A stretch of 64,000 nucleotides of DNA from positions 3,906,001 through 3,970,000 of the forward strand of contig OX597822.1 in assembly GCA_951406725.2 (NCBI GenBank). The letters are read 5' to 3'. This stretch comes from Octopus vulgaris. Its lineage: Eukaryota. The notes beneath the pieces were generated by a model. The model had not been told where the DNA came from, did no database searches, and saw only the letters and a list, made by a program, of their open reading frames with translations. Within the stretch, counting starts at the first letter, position 1. The number at the start of each line of letters is the position of its first letter. The position numbers and the translations under genes were made by a program. Shown here in pieces: positions 12,907 to 25,912 of the stretch.

Positions 12907-13245
12907 CTCATCGGTCAGAAGGGAGCCTGGGAAGACCACCGGGAGAGCGCCCTCATTCATAACAGCACAATACGAAAAGAATAACAAATACACCCATTCA
13001 ATGATATTTTATTAGACACTAATATTCATTACACGGTAGCTTTCATCATTCTTAACTGGGCTAAGAAAACTTATTGCCATAACAAAAACTGAGCCCATTG
13101 TTAAAAAAGAAGTAAAATTGTTGTTGAGGATAATGAGATAATGTTTTGTAATTTACGTATTATCATTCCATTGGTGTTCAACAGGAAATAACACTTCTAA
13201 ATCCACAAATATATATCCTCTTAAGTATTTACGCTTTTACTTCAG

Positions 13246-13272
13246 TTGCGTTCTCAGGATTACTTAACCCTG
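13246..13272 (+). CDS. Candidate 27-nt symmetric micro-exon
   Basis: CTTTTACTTCAG acceptor and G|GTAGGT donor; phase 1-1 reading (V)AFSGLLNP. Confidence 0.35.
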
Positions 13273-13503
13273 GTAGGTCTGTGGGTGTTTGTGTGAGTGT
13301 GCGCGGACGTGTGCGCGCGCGTCTGTGTGTGCGTGTGTATGTGTGTATGTGCGTGCGTGTGTGCACGCTTGTGGGTAGGCATAATTGACAATTATATTTT
13401 AAATGATTGCAACTTCCCTGTCATCAGGACGAAAACAATTAGATAAAAGACAGACAGACAGATAGCTAGACAGACAGACAGATAGCTAGACAGGCAGACA
13501 GAC

Positions 13504-13631
<128 letters not shown>

Positions 13632-13647
13632 ATAAATAAATAAATAA

Positions 13648-13762
<115 letters not shown>

Positions 13763-14716
13763 TGTTTCTTTATTAGCCACACAGGGCTGCACACAGATAG
13801 AACAAATTACAAGGTAGAGCTTTTCTTTTGAAGGTTTAAAAAAAAAGGGGGGAAGGGGGAGTTTCGATCAAAAGGGATCGTAAAAGGAGAGAAAGAGGAC
13901 AAAAAAAGGGGGGGTTAAAAAAAAGGGGGAGAGGAAAAAAAAATTGATCAATAGGGATCGTTATCACAGAAATGTCAATATGAAGTGTAAAGGGGAGGAC
14001 AGGTGAGGTTTACCCGTGGAAAGAGAAGCCTACGGAAAAGACCACGGTAACCTCGGTCAATGAAGTCACATGTTATATTTCTTTTTTTTTTTTTTTGCGA
14101 ATAAGCAACTCTCTTTTTTTTCTGCATAGAATAAGCAACTCTCTGTTTTCAATTTCATGGGTTCATAGGATCATGAGAGATTGACCAGAGAGGAAAGTGT
14201 TTGCCTCCAATCCTTTCAGACGCGTCCACCAGATACATTCTTTCGCCATAGCCACAAGGATGATGAAAATAGCTCTTCCTTCCCGTTTGAAAGGAAGGAG
14301 GCGTGACAATATTGACGATAGACTCAGCTGATAAACCGACTCGTCCCACACGTGACAGCAGTTGTTCGACATAAGCCCACAGGTCGGAAATTGTTGGACA
14401 CTGCACGAGTGCGTGCAGAACGGTTTCGTCGCTCTGACCGCATCTCGGGCAGGTCGGCCCCGTGTTTCTCGAGCCGTGTCTGTAGAGCTTATCCCGAACG
14501 GGTAGCGCTTCTCGGTAGCACTGCCAGGCCAGTGATCTCTGGAAGTTGTCCATGGGCCCTGGCCCGAAAGTCGTCCTGAACAGGCGGGTCAGGTACTCCT
14601 CGTCGACGTCCAGGTTCGCCCCGAGCTCGTCGTCGTACCTCCCCTCCACTAAACCCCTATAGAATGCTTTGGTTGTGTTGAAGTCACTCAAGGTCGACCC
14701 AGGACGGCAGAGTTGC
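13763..14716 (-). mobile_element. Tx1-clade LINE, 5'-truncated, inserted in (GATA)n
   Basis: ORF2 C-terminus with CCHC finger CPRCGQSDETVLHALVQC; close to 49217-50987 but with an internal deletion of ~130 bp near 14175. Confidence 0.9.
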
Positions 14717-14748
14717 ACATTGACTTGGCTTTGTTGTCTCATTCTATT

Positions 14749-14796
<48 letters not shown>

Positions 14797-14952
14797 CACA
14801 CACACATATAAGTGGATTTGGTAGACGGAAACGGAAAGGAACATGTCGTATATATGTGTGTGTGCGTGTGTGTGTGTGTGTGTGTGTGCGTGTGTATTTA
14901 TGTGTTTGTGTTTGTCTCTTATTACAGCTTGACAACCGAGGTAGGTGTGTTC

Positions 14953-14953
<1 letters not shown>
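14717..14953 (-). repeat. Inverted duplicate of 15810-16086 at the Tx1 5' junction
   Basis: ACATTGACTTGGCTTTGTTGTCTCATTCTATTTAAC + (CA)n + SINE piece is the reverse complement of 15810-16086. Confidence 0.85.
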
Positions 14954-15049
<96 letters not shown>

Positions 15050-15270
15050 GCAAATATATGCATATATATGAAATAAATAAATATATGGATAATATATGTG
15101 TATGCGTTCGTCTGTCTTTATGTTCTGAGTTCAAATTCCGCCGAGGTCGAGTTGCGTACTGGGGTCGATCTAATTGACTGGTCCCCTCCTCAAAAATTTC
15201 GGGCCTTGTGCCTAGAATAGAAAAGAATGAGTGTTTGTGTGTTTGTGTGCGTGTGTGTGTGTGTATACGT

Positions 15271-15609
15271 GAGGGTGCATGGTTGAGTGGTTAGAGCGCC
15301 GGGCTCACAATCATGGGGTAGCGAGTTCGATTCCCGTACCGGGCTGTGTATTGTATCCTTGAGCAAGACATTTATTTCACGTTGCTCCAGGTCACTCAGC
15401 TGTAGAAATGAGTTGCGATGTCACTGGTACCAAAATTTATCAGCCTTTGCCTTCCCCTTGGATAACTTCGGTGGGATGGAAAGGGGGGAGGCTGGTATGC
15501 ATGAGCGACTGCTAGTCTTCCATAAACAAACTTGCTCGGACTTTTGCCTCGGAGGTGAATTTTCAAGGTGCAATCCCATGGTCATTCATGACGAAAGGGA
15601 GTCTTTACC
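15271..15609 (+). mobile_element. tRNA-derived SINE family D
   Basis: TGGTTGAGTGGTTAGAGCG A box, GAGTTCGATTCCC B box, CCTTGAGCAAGACA core; related copies near 24560 and 63102. Confidence 0.8.
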
Positions 15610-15634
15610 TTTTTTTTTATAGATATGTATAAAA

Positions 15635-15685
<51 letters not shown>

Positions 15686-15955
15686 TATTCTTTTCATTGG
15701 TTCAATCATTAGACAGCGGCCATGCTGGAGGACCGCCTTGAAGGATTTCAGTCGAATGCATCGATTCTTATTTTGTTTTCAAGCGTGGTATATATTCTAT
15801 CGGTCACGTGAACACACCTACGTCGGTTGTCAAGCTGTAATAAGAGACAAACACAAACACATAAACACACACGCACACACACACACACACAAACACACAA
15901 ACACACATATATATATACGACATGTTCCTTTCTGTGTCCGTCTATAAAATCCATT

Positions 15956-15957
<2 letters not shown>
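15686..15957 (-). mobile_element. SINE family A fragment
   Basis: GCGGCCATGCTGGAG..TATTCTATCGGTC..GGTTGTCAAGC. Confidence 0.7.
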
Positions 15958-16001
<44 letters not shown>

Positions 16002-16018
16002 CGTGTATGTGTGTGTGT

Positions 16019-16050
<32 letters not shown>

Positions 16051-16054
<4 letters not shown>

Positions 16055-16870
16055 AATAGAATGAGACAACAAAGCCAAGTCAATGTGAAATTTCTAGGAC
16101 CAATTCCTTAGATAATGGAACTGCAACTGTAGCAACATCTAGCATATATGTTTATTCTCATCTTTCCCTTTATACTTCCGATCTCTCTTCCTTTTCAAAA
16201 TAACTTCTTACATTGAACTCTACAGTTTCCCTCTGTTTAACTTTCTCATATCGTCTCTGATGAAGGGATGTTCATCATATCCTTGGAACAGCTGTAAGAC
16301 TACCTTTCTCTTTATAAATGTCCTAGAAATTTCGCACTGCCTTGGCTTTGTTGTCTCATTATAATTAACATATACATGCTTACACGGGACCCGCATTAGA
16401 CTCGTCATTCATACTGTATCGAAACGGGAATCTAACTACGACCCTTCCGTAGCATTTATATACTCCCAGAACCATCAGCTGGGAACTCAATATGCATTAC
16501 CGGTGGAACACGTTCTAATCTCTGCATACCATTCGGTCTTTTCATTGGTTTACTCTTCGCCCCACATTGATGTTTTTCTCATTGGAGAAACCTAAAAACA
16601 TTTCAGCTTCTCGATGTTGTAACTAGTTTAGCAAGTGCTTTGAACGAATCGAACGATTTTCTCTTCTCCCATCCAACATAAACTGAGCCCTCCGCTTCAC
16701 AGATGACTGGTACCGGATGTCTTCATGCACAACACTTCTGAGAGTACATTCTTAAACCGTGAAGTATATACAATGGTTGTGACTGACAATCCGGGGTCCC
16801 CTTTATCGATTATTTCTAAGATTTTTTGTACAAAATTATGTGTAATGATGGTATTACGAATCTATATGAA
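16051..16870 (+). mobile_element. Penelope-like terminal fragment with inverted end copy and hammerhead
   Basis: IR 16051-16100/16320-16369; hammerhead motif 16253-16300; extension to the (TA)n near 16870. Confidence 0.6.
16253..16300 (+). ncRNA. Type I hammerhead motif (one core mutation)
   Basis: GUCU-CUGAUGA-AGGGAUG..CAUAUCCUU-GGAAC-AGCU-GUA-AGAC; palindromic ACAGCUGU stem III; GAAA changed to GGAA. Confidence 0.7.
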
Positions 16871-16901
16871 TATATATATATGAACATATATATATATATA
16901 C

Positions 16902-16992
<91 letters not shown>

Positions 16993-17271
16993 TATACACG
17001 TCTTGCGTTTAGTTGTTGATGTTCGATCTCAGGGAGTAGATTATAATTTCAATATTATGGTAGCAGAAAAGGAATTTTAACTCCTATTTCTAAATTCGGT
17101 ATGTGGTGAAGCAATTAGCTGACCCCTAATTATAATTATGCTTATAATTATAGAATATTTGTATAATTTTACCTAAAATGGTTATTTTAACGTGCCGATC
17201 TGCTTGGTAAGATTATGAATTATTAATTAATTTATTTATTTTACCCTTTTATTATTAATACTGAAATTATA

Positions 17272-17310
<39 letters not shown>

Positions 17311-17445
17311 TGATGATCATAATGACACCACATTATAAAATACTCTCGAGATGTAAAGAGCTTAATGCTATTTTGTAGTTTAGCTTATAAATTTCATTTT
17401 ATCATTTTACGAGGTAATGATGTAAACCGTGACTGTTTGTTTCAG

Positions 17446-17527
17446 GTAATAGTAGTGATGTTCAAGCTGTCAGTGTTGAAAGTGACAAAATTTAGGTTAC
17501 ATATAGGACATGAATAACTAAAATAAA
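17446..17527 (+). CDS. Candidate terminal exon ((G)NSSDVQAVSVESDKI*) with AATAAA
   Basis: GTGACTGTTTGTTTCAG acceptor; phase 1 frame ends at TAG 17493-17495; AATAAA at 17522. Confidence 0.3.
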
Positions 17528-17939
17528 ATAAAACGTAGAATAAGGACCTTGAATATATAAAACGCTTTGATATAGTCTCAAAATTTTTGTATCGGGCTAT
17601 TGGCTTGTCTTTTTGATATATGATGTCAAAAGCAACGTATGTTTATATTCACACACACTAAAGAAACCCTTTTTTGTATTTTTTCGTGTTTGTATGATTG
17701 TCTTTCGTGTCTATTCGCTTTTCTGTAGTTATGTGATTCAAAATATTTTGACAGATATTTTGAATTGTGACGACATAAAGACATGAATACTGAACCTGTT
17801 TTTTTTTGTTGTTTTTTCACAGTGTGAAAGGTTTCTGAAGCACCAAGCTTTCCTGATAGAACATACTTTACTAAAGATTCTCTTTTTCAATCTTCAGCTG
17901 TTTGCATTATCCTTTTTGTACATTGTCTCCACTACGTAG

Positions 17940-18293
17940 CACGTTAGGCAAGTACCTTCTACTATAGCCCCGGGCCAACCAAAGACTTGTGAGGGAGTTC
18001 GGTAGACAGAAACTGAAAGAAGCCCGTCGTAAATAAGCGTATGTGTGTGTGTGTGCGTGTCCGCGTATCCATGTGCGTATATCTTTGTGCCTGTGTTTGT
18101 CCCGCGCCATCGTTTGACAACCGTTGTTGGTGTGTCTACATACTGCAACTTAGCGGTTCGGCAAAAGGGTCGACAGAGTAAGTACCAGACTTTAAAAATG
18201 AAGTACTGGGGTCGATTCATTCGACTCAGAATCCAAGGCGATGCCGCAGCATGGCAGCAGTTTAATGGCTGAAACTAGTAAAAAGATAAAAGA
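17940..18293 (+). mobile_element. SINE family A (5'-degenerate)
   Basis: CTTCTACTATAGCC..GAAACTGAAAGAAGCCCGTCG..TTAGCGGTTCGGCAAAAG. Confidence 0.8.
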
Positions 18294-18508
18294 TATTTGC
18301 AGGAAAATCCAGCGAACGGTGATCCATACTCAGCTGATTATTTCCTGATTTGAGGACTCAGTAATTTAGCTATAATACAGAAAAGAGAAATGCAAAATAG
18401 GATAAAATTCGGGACGGTTTAAGTAACAGAATGCTCATACGTTACACGTATTCCTCGAAAATCAACAAAAACACACACACACACACATATATATGTATAT
18501 ATATATGT

Positions 18509-18711
18509 GTAATTCTGAAACTAAAGGAGAAATAATTTAATTAAATTCGATTACGTAAAAATGTTGAAACTATGCATGGTACAAAGTTGAAGGGGATAAA
18601 TGTTTTTATTTCTCCTTTAGTTTCAGAATTACTACTATTTTGCGGTTTGAGTTTAGCTGCTCTTTCAAGTGAGTTGAACGGCCTGTCAGGGTCATTCCTT
18701 AATACTATTGT

Positions 18712-18749
<38 letters not shown>

Positions 18750-18953
18750 TCAAAATTAATGCTCGGATTTAATTTAATTTTATTAAATTCGATTACGTAA
18801 AAATGTTGAAACTATGCATGGTACAAAGTTGAAGGGGATAAATGTTTTTATTTCTCCTTTAGTTTCAGAATTACTACTATTTTGCGATTTGAGTTTAGCT
18901 GCTCTTTCAAGTGAGTTGAACGGCCTCTCAGGGTCATTCCTTAATACTATTGT

Positions 18954-19010
<57 letters not shown>

Positions 19011-19030
19011 CAAGTCAAAATTAATGCTCG
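18509..19030. repeat. Fold-back TA-inserted element, tandemly duplicated (~230-250 bp unit)
   Basis: IR 18509-18535/18606-18632; direct repeat 18540-18765 / 18782-19030. Confidence 0.85.
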
Positions 19031-19473
19031 TTACATATTTTCTCTTTATTTGAGCAAATTCGGCTTACAGCTGTTTCCTGTAGTCATTATAGGTCCTTTA
19101 CAAATGGGTTTACTCAATTGGTGTATTGATCAACTAAGCAAAGCTGAACGACCTAAAGAATTAATGCTAATTTCGGCAAAGCCATTTCTGGGAAGATATG
19201 TGATGACTATTATGTTAACTTGTTTTATATATCACTCTGTTTAAAACCTGGTTTGCCCGGATCCCACTGACGGATTTACAATATAGAATTGTGATCAACC
19301 ATAACATTGGACCCGATCATAAGAATACCTGGATATTTTCACTAATCTAAGTAATATTGTTAGCTTGGTGTGAAGTATTTTCCCCGGATTAATAATCCCT
19401 CGCTATTAGGTATATATATATATATATAAATGAAAGGATGGAGTCGAACGACGATTTTAACAAAATCCCTTTA

Positions 19474-19556
19474 CTCTCGACTCATGTTTCGAAGGCTGCA
19501 TATTCCTAATTCCGAAGGAATAAAGGGTGCATTATGCCGCCATCTCATCAGGAAAG
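19474..19556 (-). ncRNA. Type I hammerhead ribozyme, intact catalytic core
   Basis: Minus strand CUUUC-CUGAUGA-GAUGGC..extended stem II..GCCUUC-GAAAC-AUGA-GUC|GAGAG; stem I CUUUC/GAGAG. Confidence 0.8.
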
Positions 19557-19735
19557 ACAAGGAACTTATGTCAGCACCTGAAGAGCAAAAACGTTTAGAT
19601 GACTGCCCACATGATGTCCACAGTAATAATGATGTCCACAGTAATAATAAGGAAACACTCATTATCACTGTGGACATCATGTGGGCAGTCATCTAAACGT
19701 TTTTGCTCTTCATGGTGCTGACATAAGTTCCTTGT

Positions 19736-19818
19736 CTTTCCTGATGAGATGGCGGCATAATGCACCCTTTATTCCTCCGGAATTAGGAATATGCAGCCTT
19801 CGAAACATGTGCCGAGAG
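19736..19818 (+). ncRNA. Type I hammerhead motif, cleavage triplet mutated (GCC)
   Basis: Mirror copy CUUUC-CUGAUGA..GAAAC-AUGU-GCC-GAGAG; keeps the palindromic ACAUGU. Confidence 0.7.
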
Positions 19819-19993
19819 TAAAGGAATTTTGATAAAATCGTCGTTCGACTCCATTCTTTCATTTATTCATAGTTAAAAAAACACACAAATTTACACACGA
19901 GAACATATAGCTTCAACCGTGTTTTCTGACGTGAATTTGCTACCCAGGTATCGGTTAACCGAATTATCCATACTAGGATAATTCATTCACCTT

Positions 19994-20055
<62 letters not shown>

Positions 20056-20334
20056 AGTAAAGAGCATGACGGGGAGGACGAGAGACCAAAAGGCCCGAAT
20101 CTTTGCCATCCTGCACAGTTATCGGCAACGCCAAACACTTTTGTCCAATGAGTCCACAACTATACTAGCTTTGTCCTAGTATTTATTCCTTCCTCTAATG
20201 CCACTCTGAATCTCACTGCAGATTGAAGTGGTCAACAAATTCGACATTGTCACCCGTAACAGAGAGAGACGAGGTGGAGTCCTTCATGAAGTCAATAAAA
20301 GACTGTATCTTTGTCACGACCCAAAAGGCCAAGT

Positions 20335-20785
20335 GGTTCTGCTTCCTTACACAATGTCTTATGAAGAAAGGCTGAAGACGCTCGACCTTTTTTCTCTCGA
20401 AAAACGACGACGCCGTGGTGATCTCATTCTCTCTTACAACATCATAAGTTGAAAGTGTAACCCCTCGAAAGAGCTGTTCTTCACTCCTGCTCCAGAGCGT
20501 GGGCAGCGGGGTCACTCCGAAAAGCTCTATCTACGACGATTTCATCTCAATCGAAGGAGAGGGGCTTTCTCCGTCGGGTTGCGGATCCGTGGAATAAGCT
20601 GCCGGACTAGATAGTGAAGATGCCGACGAACGCTCGGTTCAAAGTCTCTCTTGAACGGAAATGACCTGAACTCTTTGTATGACCATCCTCCCTGTACATA
20701 ACTCCCTGCACTCTCCTACAAGGCCTTGCTTTTGCTTTTTGAGCCAATAAAAATTGATTGTTTGATTGATTGAGTGATTGATTGA
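20335..20785 (+). mobile_element. CR1-group LINE 3' fragment with (TTGA)n tail
   Basis: MSYEERLKTLDLFSLEKRRRRGDLI..RGHSEKL..PWNKLP; AATAAA then TTGA repeats. Confidence 0.85.
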
Positions 20786-21215
20786 AAGGAGAGTACTTGT
20801 TAAGACATCAAAAGACTCAGCTAGAATAACTTCGTCTTCAGCAAAACCTAGGTATGTAATACTAGTTTCACCATTCGACCTAGTGTCCAATCTATCCAAG
20901 TGTTGGACAGAGTAGAAGGAAAAACACAACACCCACAGACCCCAGATCTAACTGGGAAAAAGTCAGACGTTGAGCTCCCAATCCGAACTGGAATGACTGT
21001 TCCGGTGTACAAGGCCACCATCAGCCCAGTCAGTTGAGGCAGTATACCTCGCATCTCCAGAACCTCCCAAAGCACATACCTGTCAAACGCCTTGTTGAGA
21101 TCGAATAGGCTGCAAGCAGCCCCTGCCGAAAGTTCCCCTTGTATTCCCTTAGTACCCGAAGAGCTAGGATTTTATCAGTGGTTGACCTCTCTGGCGCGAA
21201 ATCTGACTGCACCGG
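20786..21215 (-). mobile_element. RTE-clade LINE reverse transcriptase remnant
   Basis: QSDFAPERSTTDKILALRVL, DLNKAFD, LWEVLEMRGI..LMVALYTGT..VRIG..SDFFPVRSGV, LGFAEDEVILAES. Confidence 0.85.
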
Positions 21216-21241
21216 TCGATGAGGCATAAACAAATGATTTT

Positions 21242-21855
21242 GCTGGCAGAGTCGTTAGCACGCCGGACGAAATGCTTAGAGGCATTTCGTCCGTTTTTAC
21301 TTTCTGAGTTCAAATGCTACTGAGGCCGACTTTGCCATTTATCATTTCCGGGTCGATAAAACAAGCACTAGTTGAGCAATGGGATTGATGTAATCGATTT
21401 ATATCCCCCCGCCAAATTTCATGTCTTGTACCTGTATTAGAAAGAGGGATTTAATATTGTATTATGTAGTGAGATAGCGGTATCATTACCGCGATAGTCA
21501 AAATATTTTACAGCTATTTCCTCCGGTTCTTCATGTCCTGAGTTCAAATGTTACCGAGGTCGACTTCGAAGTTATTAAGATAAGTACCAGTTTAACACTA
21601 GGCTCAATGTAATTGACTTGTCTCAAAAGTTTCAGGGTGTTTTTTTGCCTATATTGGTTTCAAATTTTGGCACAATGCCAGAAATTTCGTAGTTGAGGGC
21701 TAGTCAATTACATCGAGCCTAGTGCTCAACTGGTACTTAGTTTATCGACCTCGCAAAGATAAAAGACAAAGTTGACCTTGGCGGAATTTGAACACAGGAC
21801 GCAAAGATGGGAAAAAAGCCGCTAAGCATTTTCCTCCGCCACCTTACGAGCTTTT
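21242..21855. mobile_element. Cluster of three SINE family B copies (+,+,-)
   Basis: 21242-21445 (+), ~21470-21640 (+), 21656-21855 (-). Confidence 0.8.
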
Positions 21856-22552
21856 GCCTATATTTAAAAAGGATTAATTATTGTCGTTTTCGCTTCGAGA
21901 TTCATCCGTATTTTTTTTTATATTTTACATATTCTCAAAGTATCTACATTTTTATAATTATTTCTTTCAATGCAAGCACATACTTCGGTAAACGTTGCTT
22001 TTATTTATTAGATATACAAAATTGGAAGAAAAAATATATTCTATAATAATATCTAATGGAAAAAATGTTTAATACATCTTCAGCTTTTCAGAAACAGAGT
22101 AACGGCGATTGTGACCTTTGTTTTCTAACTGTTCCATCTTGAAACCAAAAAAACCTTCAAAATTGATGCCTATTTGTCGTCACATATCAAAATATTAGTT
22201 TAATTATTTTGATTTATTTGAAAACCAAGACCTGGCATAATACAGCCATGTTATAGAAATATTAAGGGTTTTTGTTTTGTTTTTTTCCACTTAAGATGAT
22301 TAAAATTTCGGTGTTTTGGTCATTATATATTAAACGAGTGACTGGCTGATACACAAATATTTCAACATCGTCAAAACGTTTTGTATGCTTAATATCTTTC
22401 TGCAACTGTTTTCGTAATTGAACGTATCGCTCATAGAAACAGAAAATAGGTCAGAGTTGGTAAAATGGGAAACACTGAGAGTTGCAATGTTCATCACTGC
22501 AGCTTGAAATCTTTTATATCTATAGACGTACAAATATCGCTTACACTCTCTC

Positions 22553-22609
<57 letters not shown>

Positions 22610-22640
22610 GTGTGTGTGTTTGTAGATATATATGCATATA

Positions 22641-22691
<51 letters not shown>

Positions 22692-22694
<3 letters not shown>

Positions 22695-23128
22695 GTAAAG
22701 TATAATAGCCATCTCAATATGGCTAACCACAAAGGGGGGGGGTTACTGTAGCTTTTAGCCCCAGGAGATCATCGTCTCCAGCTGGCTTTAGGCACACTAT
22801 CTGTGCCCTTATGGTATTTGCAAAGTGAGGCCATCCCTTTCTCGTAAGCCTAAGTGATACGCATCGGACTGCAGTTTCGAGGTTGTTGCCTCTTATCAAC
22901 AGGTGGTAATCACCGGATCACGATGAAAGAGAAAGCCTGTATGCAAATATATAAGAGTTTTTCTAGTAACTTCCGTCACTGATTTCGAAAAACTGTCTGC
23001 AAGCATTATTAAATCTCAGAACGAGATGTAAACAGTAACCGCTCGACAATGTAAAGTATTATAGCTATCTCATAGTGTGCCTAAAGCCAGCTGGAGACGA
23101 TGATCTCCTGGGGCTAAAAGCTACAGTA
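22692..23128. mobile_element. Fold-back element with perfect 57-bp inverted repeat and 25-bp direct repeat
   Basis: IR 22744-22800/23072-23128; DR AATGTAAAGTAT(A/T)ATAGC(C/T)ATCTCA at 22692 and 23048. Confidence 0.75.
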
Positions 23129-23222
23129 TATAGGGAGAGTTTACGAAAAAAACAAAAGACGAAGACAGCTGGTGTACAAAACGAACAGATGTATTAGTAT
23201 AACGCTCAGGAATAGAAAAAGT

Positions 23223-23258
23223 CTTTTACGTTTCGAGCCTACGCTCTTCTACAGAAAG
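23223..23258 (-). ncRNA. Minimal type I hammerhead-like motif, variant core (in element 23130-23335)
   Basis: CUUU-CUGUAGA-A-GAGC GUAG GCUC-GAAAC-GUA-AAAG. Confidence 0.55.
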
Positions 23259-24430
23259 GGACACAGAAAAAACAAGGAGAGAAACAAGGAGAGAAAAATA
23301 TGTGTGTAGTGGCTAACGATCTATCATGGTGACCCATATATAATTCAAGATTTTTTTCACATACTGTCTAGGATATTTCGTCGAGAAAGCGAATTGAACT
23401 TACAATCTGATTACTATATACATACATATATAAATACACACACGTGGTTGTGTGTGTGTGTGTGTGTGTGTTTGTGTGCGTGTGTGTGTGTGTGTGCGTG
23501 TGTGTGTGGGTGTGACGACTCCGGCACTCGGGCTGGCCGGCTTAGCTCGAGTATAAATTGAGTAAAGTGAACGTGCATTTGCAAACCGATTTAATTCCTA
23601 CCAACACTGACTTCAAGTATGTAATTGAAGCTAATATATCTTGCTCCTTTATTGAGCCTGGTCGCAGTTCATTTATTTTCGTTCAACGTTTGGCGGTCGT
23701 CCTCGAGGTATCTTATGTCAAAAACATCATTCGTATCAGGTGTTCTCTCCACATCGTTCACACTCTCGCCTGCCTCGAAAGTTACTGCCCGAATTGTTAT
23801 CTATAATCGTAAGAATTAAAAGCAATTTAAATTCAATATTTTCTTGAAACAATAAATTTCTAAAGAGATTAGGAATTAAATGACAATCTATGGAAAGTTT
23901 CCTTTCTGCAATATTTTTAAAGGAACGAAAAATTATCCAGCTACTCGGGCAAACACGAACGAACCTGGTAGGTGTAAAAGACCAACGGGCATCTCTTATC
24001 AAAAGCACAGGCGATAGTTGGATCGCTGATGTTTGTTGCACACTCCGCTATCGTTATTTGACTACTGTTATTCTATGCGTCTGTGTGTAAGGATCAGTTG
24101 TGTTTTGCAGGGTTACTTTATTTTAACTCTTAACTTAGAAATGGAGAAAAACATAGTGCTAGATATAAAAATATAAGCTAGAAAGATTACGGGGAAACGT
24201 GAAATTCTTGGAGCAGGCATGTGTCTGATGCGAAATCTATGATAAACCCGAGTGACGCTCATGATTTGGTGTCGCATCCGGTATATATATATATATATAT
24301 ATATAAGTTCAGCAAAATTTAGATTCAAATGAATATGGTACATAAGTTAGATGCACCAGAATTTTCTATGGTGCTATCCATATAAATCCATGGGGTGATT
24401 ATAATCAAAATAATCTTGTTGCTTATTTTG

Positions 24431-24518
<88 letters not shown>

Positions 24519-25765
24519 TATACATATACATATATACATATACATATAATATAGTATAGTACTTACAGGTTATGAGATCGATTCTTGAACCGGGCTGTGT
24601 GCTGTGGTGTTAAGCAAGATACTTCATTTCATGTTGTTTCATTTCACTCAGCTGTAGAAATGAACTGCGACGTCACTGGTCGCAAGTTGTATCGGCTTTT
24701 ACGTTTCCCTTGGTCAACGTAGGTGGCATGGGGAGAGGGAACTGGTAGGTATAGGCGACTGCTGTTAAAGTGATCGGAAACGCACACCGCGATCCGTGAA
24801 TGAACCCACGAACTCATAATCGTGAGTACAACGTCCTAAGTACTAACTAATCACTTGGGTAGAAAATAATACATGTCAAAACAATATTTTCTTTTCAAAC
24901 TGTGAGGAAGTTATACAATTAATTGGTTATGAAAACTGAAATCACTTAACACGATTAAACCGTTAAAATTAAAATCAATATAATTTAGAGTCGTTTAGCA
25001 TATTCAATATACAATACAATGTGCAAACCTTTCAAATGAGAGAAAGAGCCGATATGCGAGTGGGCATGACAAGAGTAAAGGAGAGAGGAGAAAGTGAGAG
25101 CGAGGACAGAAATTGGAGGTAATTGTAAAAGCAGTGTAGGTTGAAAGGGACAGATGAGAAGGATGGCGTGTAAGGATACGGCACAAACGCGCACGCTAAA
25201 CGCATATCTGTAAAAATTGATGTCCACAGAGAATATTTTAGGAGAAATACAACAGTTATAAAAATAAGGCTAGTTAAGGCGGTATAATAATTAGAATGAA
25301 TTAATAATTGATAATTATTAAGAATAATTAACCTAAGGTTATTCAACTTAAAATAGAATATATTAGAAACGTTTACAAAAATTCGTTAAAAATCTTTTAT
25401 ATGTAGTTAATGTGTTAAAATAATGAAATGCAATAGAGGAAAAGAAAACAGCTGTTTAGGGAAATGATAGCTATAAAAGTTAGGAAATTAGGCAATAATG
25501 AGGCCAGTGGAGATATAATTATGGTTGGTGAGAAAAAAATCCTTTGTACGAAGAAAATCGTAATAGAGATAGGTTATAGAGCAGATTGCTGGTCATTAAG
25601 CTATAGATTATATGGAATGGGAGGAAAATTGAAGTTGAGATGGCTCGGGAGCTCCAACCGAAGTAATTTAATCCCAAATATGTGTGTTTATGTGTGAGTG
25701 TCTGTGTTTACGATTATCTCATAACATTACTAGAACGAGCAGAGACAAAATTAAGTTGCATATAT

Positions 25766-25841
<76 letters not shown>

Positions 25842-25912
25842 ATATATATATATGCATACGTTTATATATATGCATTTATATATATACATGTATAGGTTTA
25901 TATATATATATA

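Larger units (their letters stand above)
19426..19996. mobile_element. Penelope-like fold-back element in (TA)n with ~200-bp inverted arms, each containing a hammerhead
   Basis: Arms 19426-19625/19661-19866; ~130-nt extension on the right; (TA)n on both sides. Confidence 0.75.

Noticed and set aside
12907-12960. 3' end of another TTA-targeting element on the CR1 tail
   Set aside because: Short, single occurrence, and no coding motif to support it
19063-19140. Complete hammerhead on the minus strand
   Set aside because: Only the GAAACAGCUGUAAG half is recognisable; the CUGANGA half is missing
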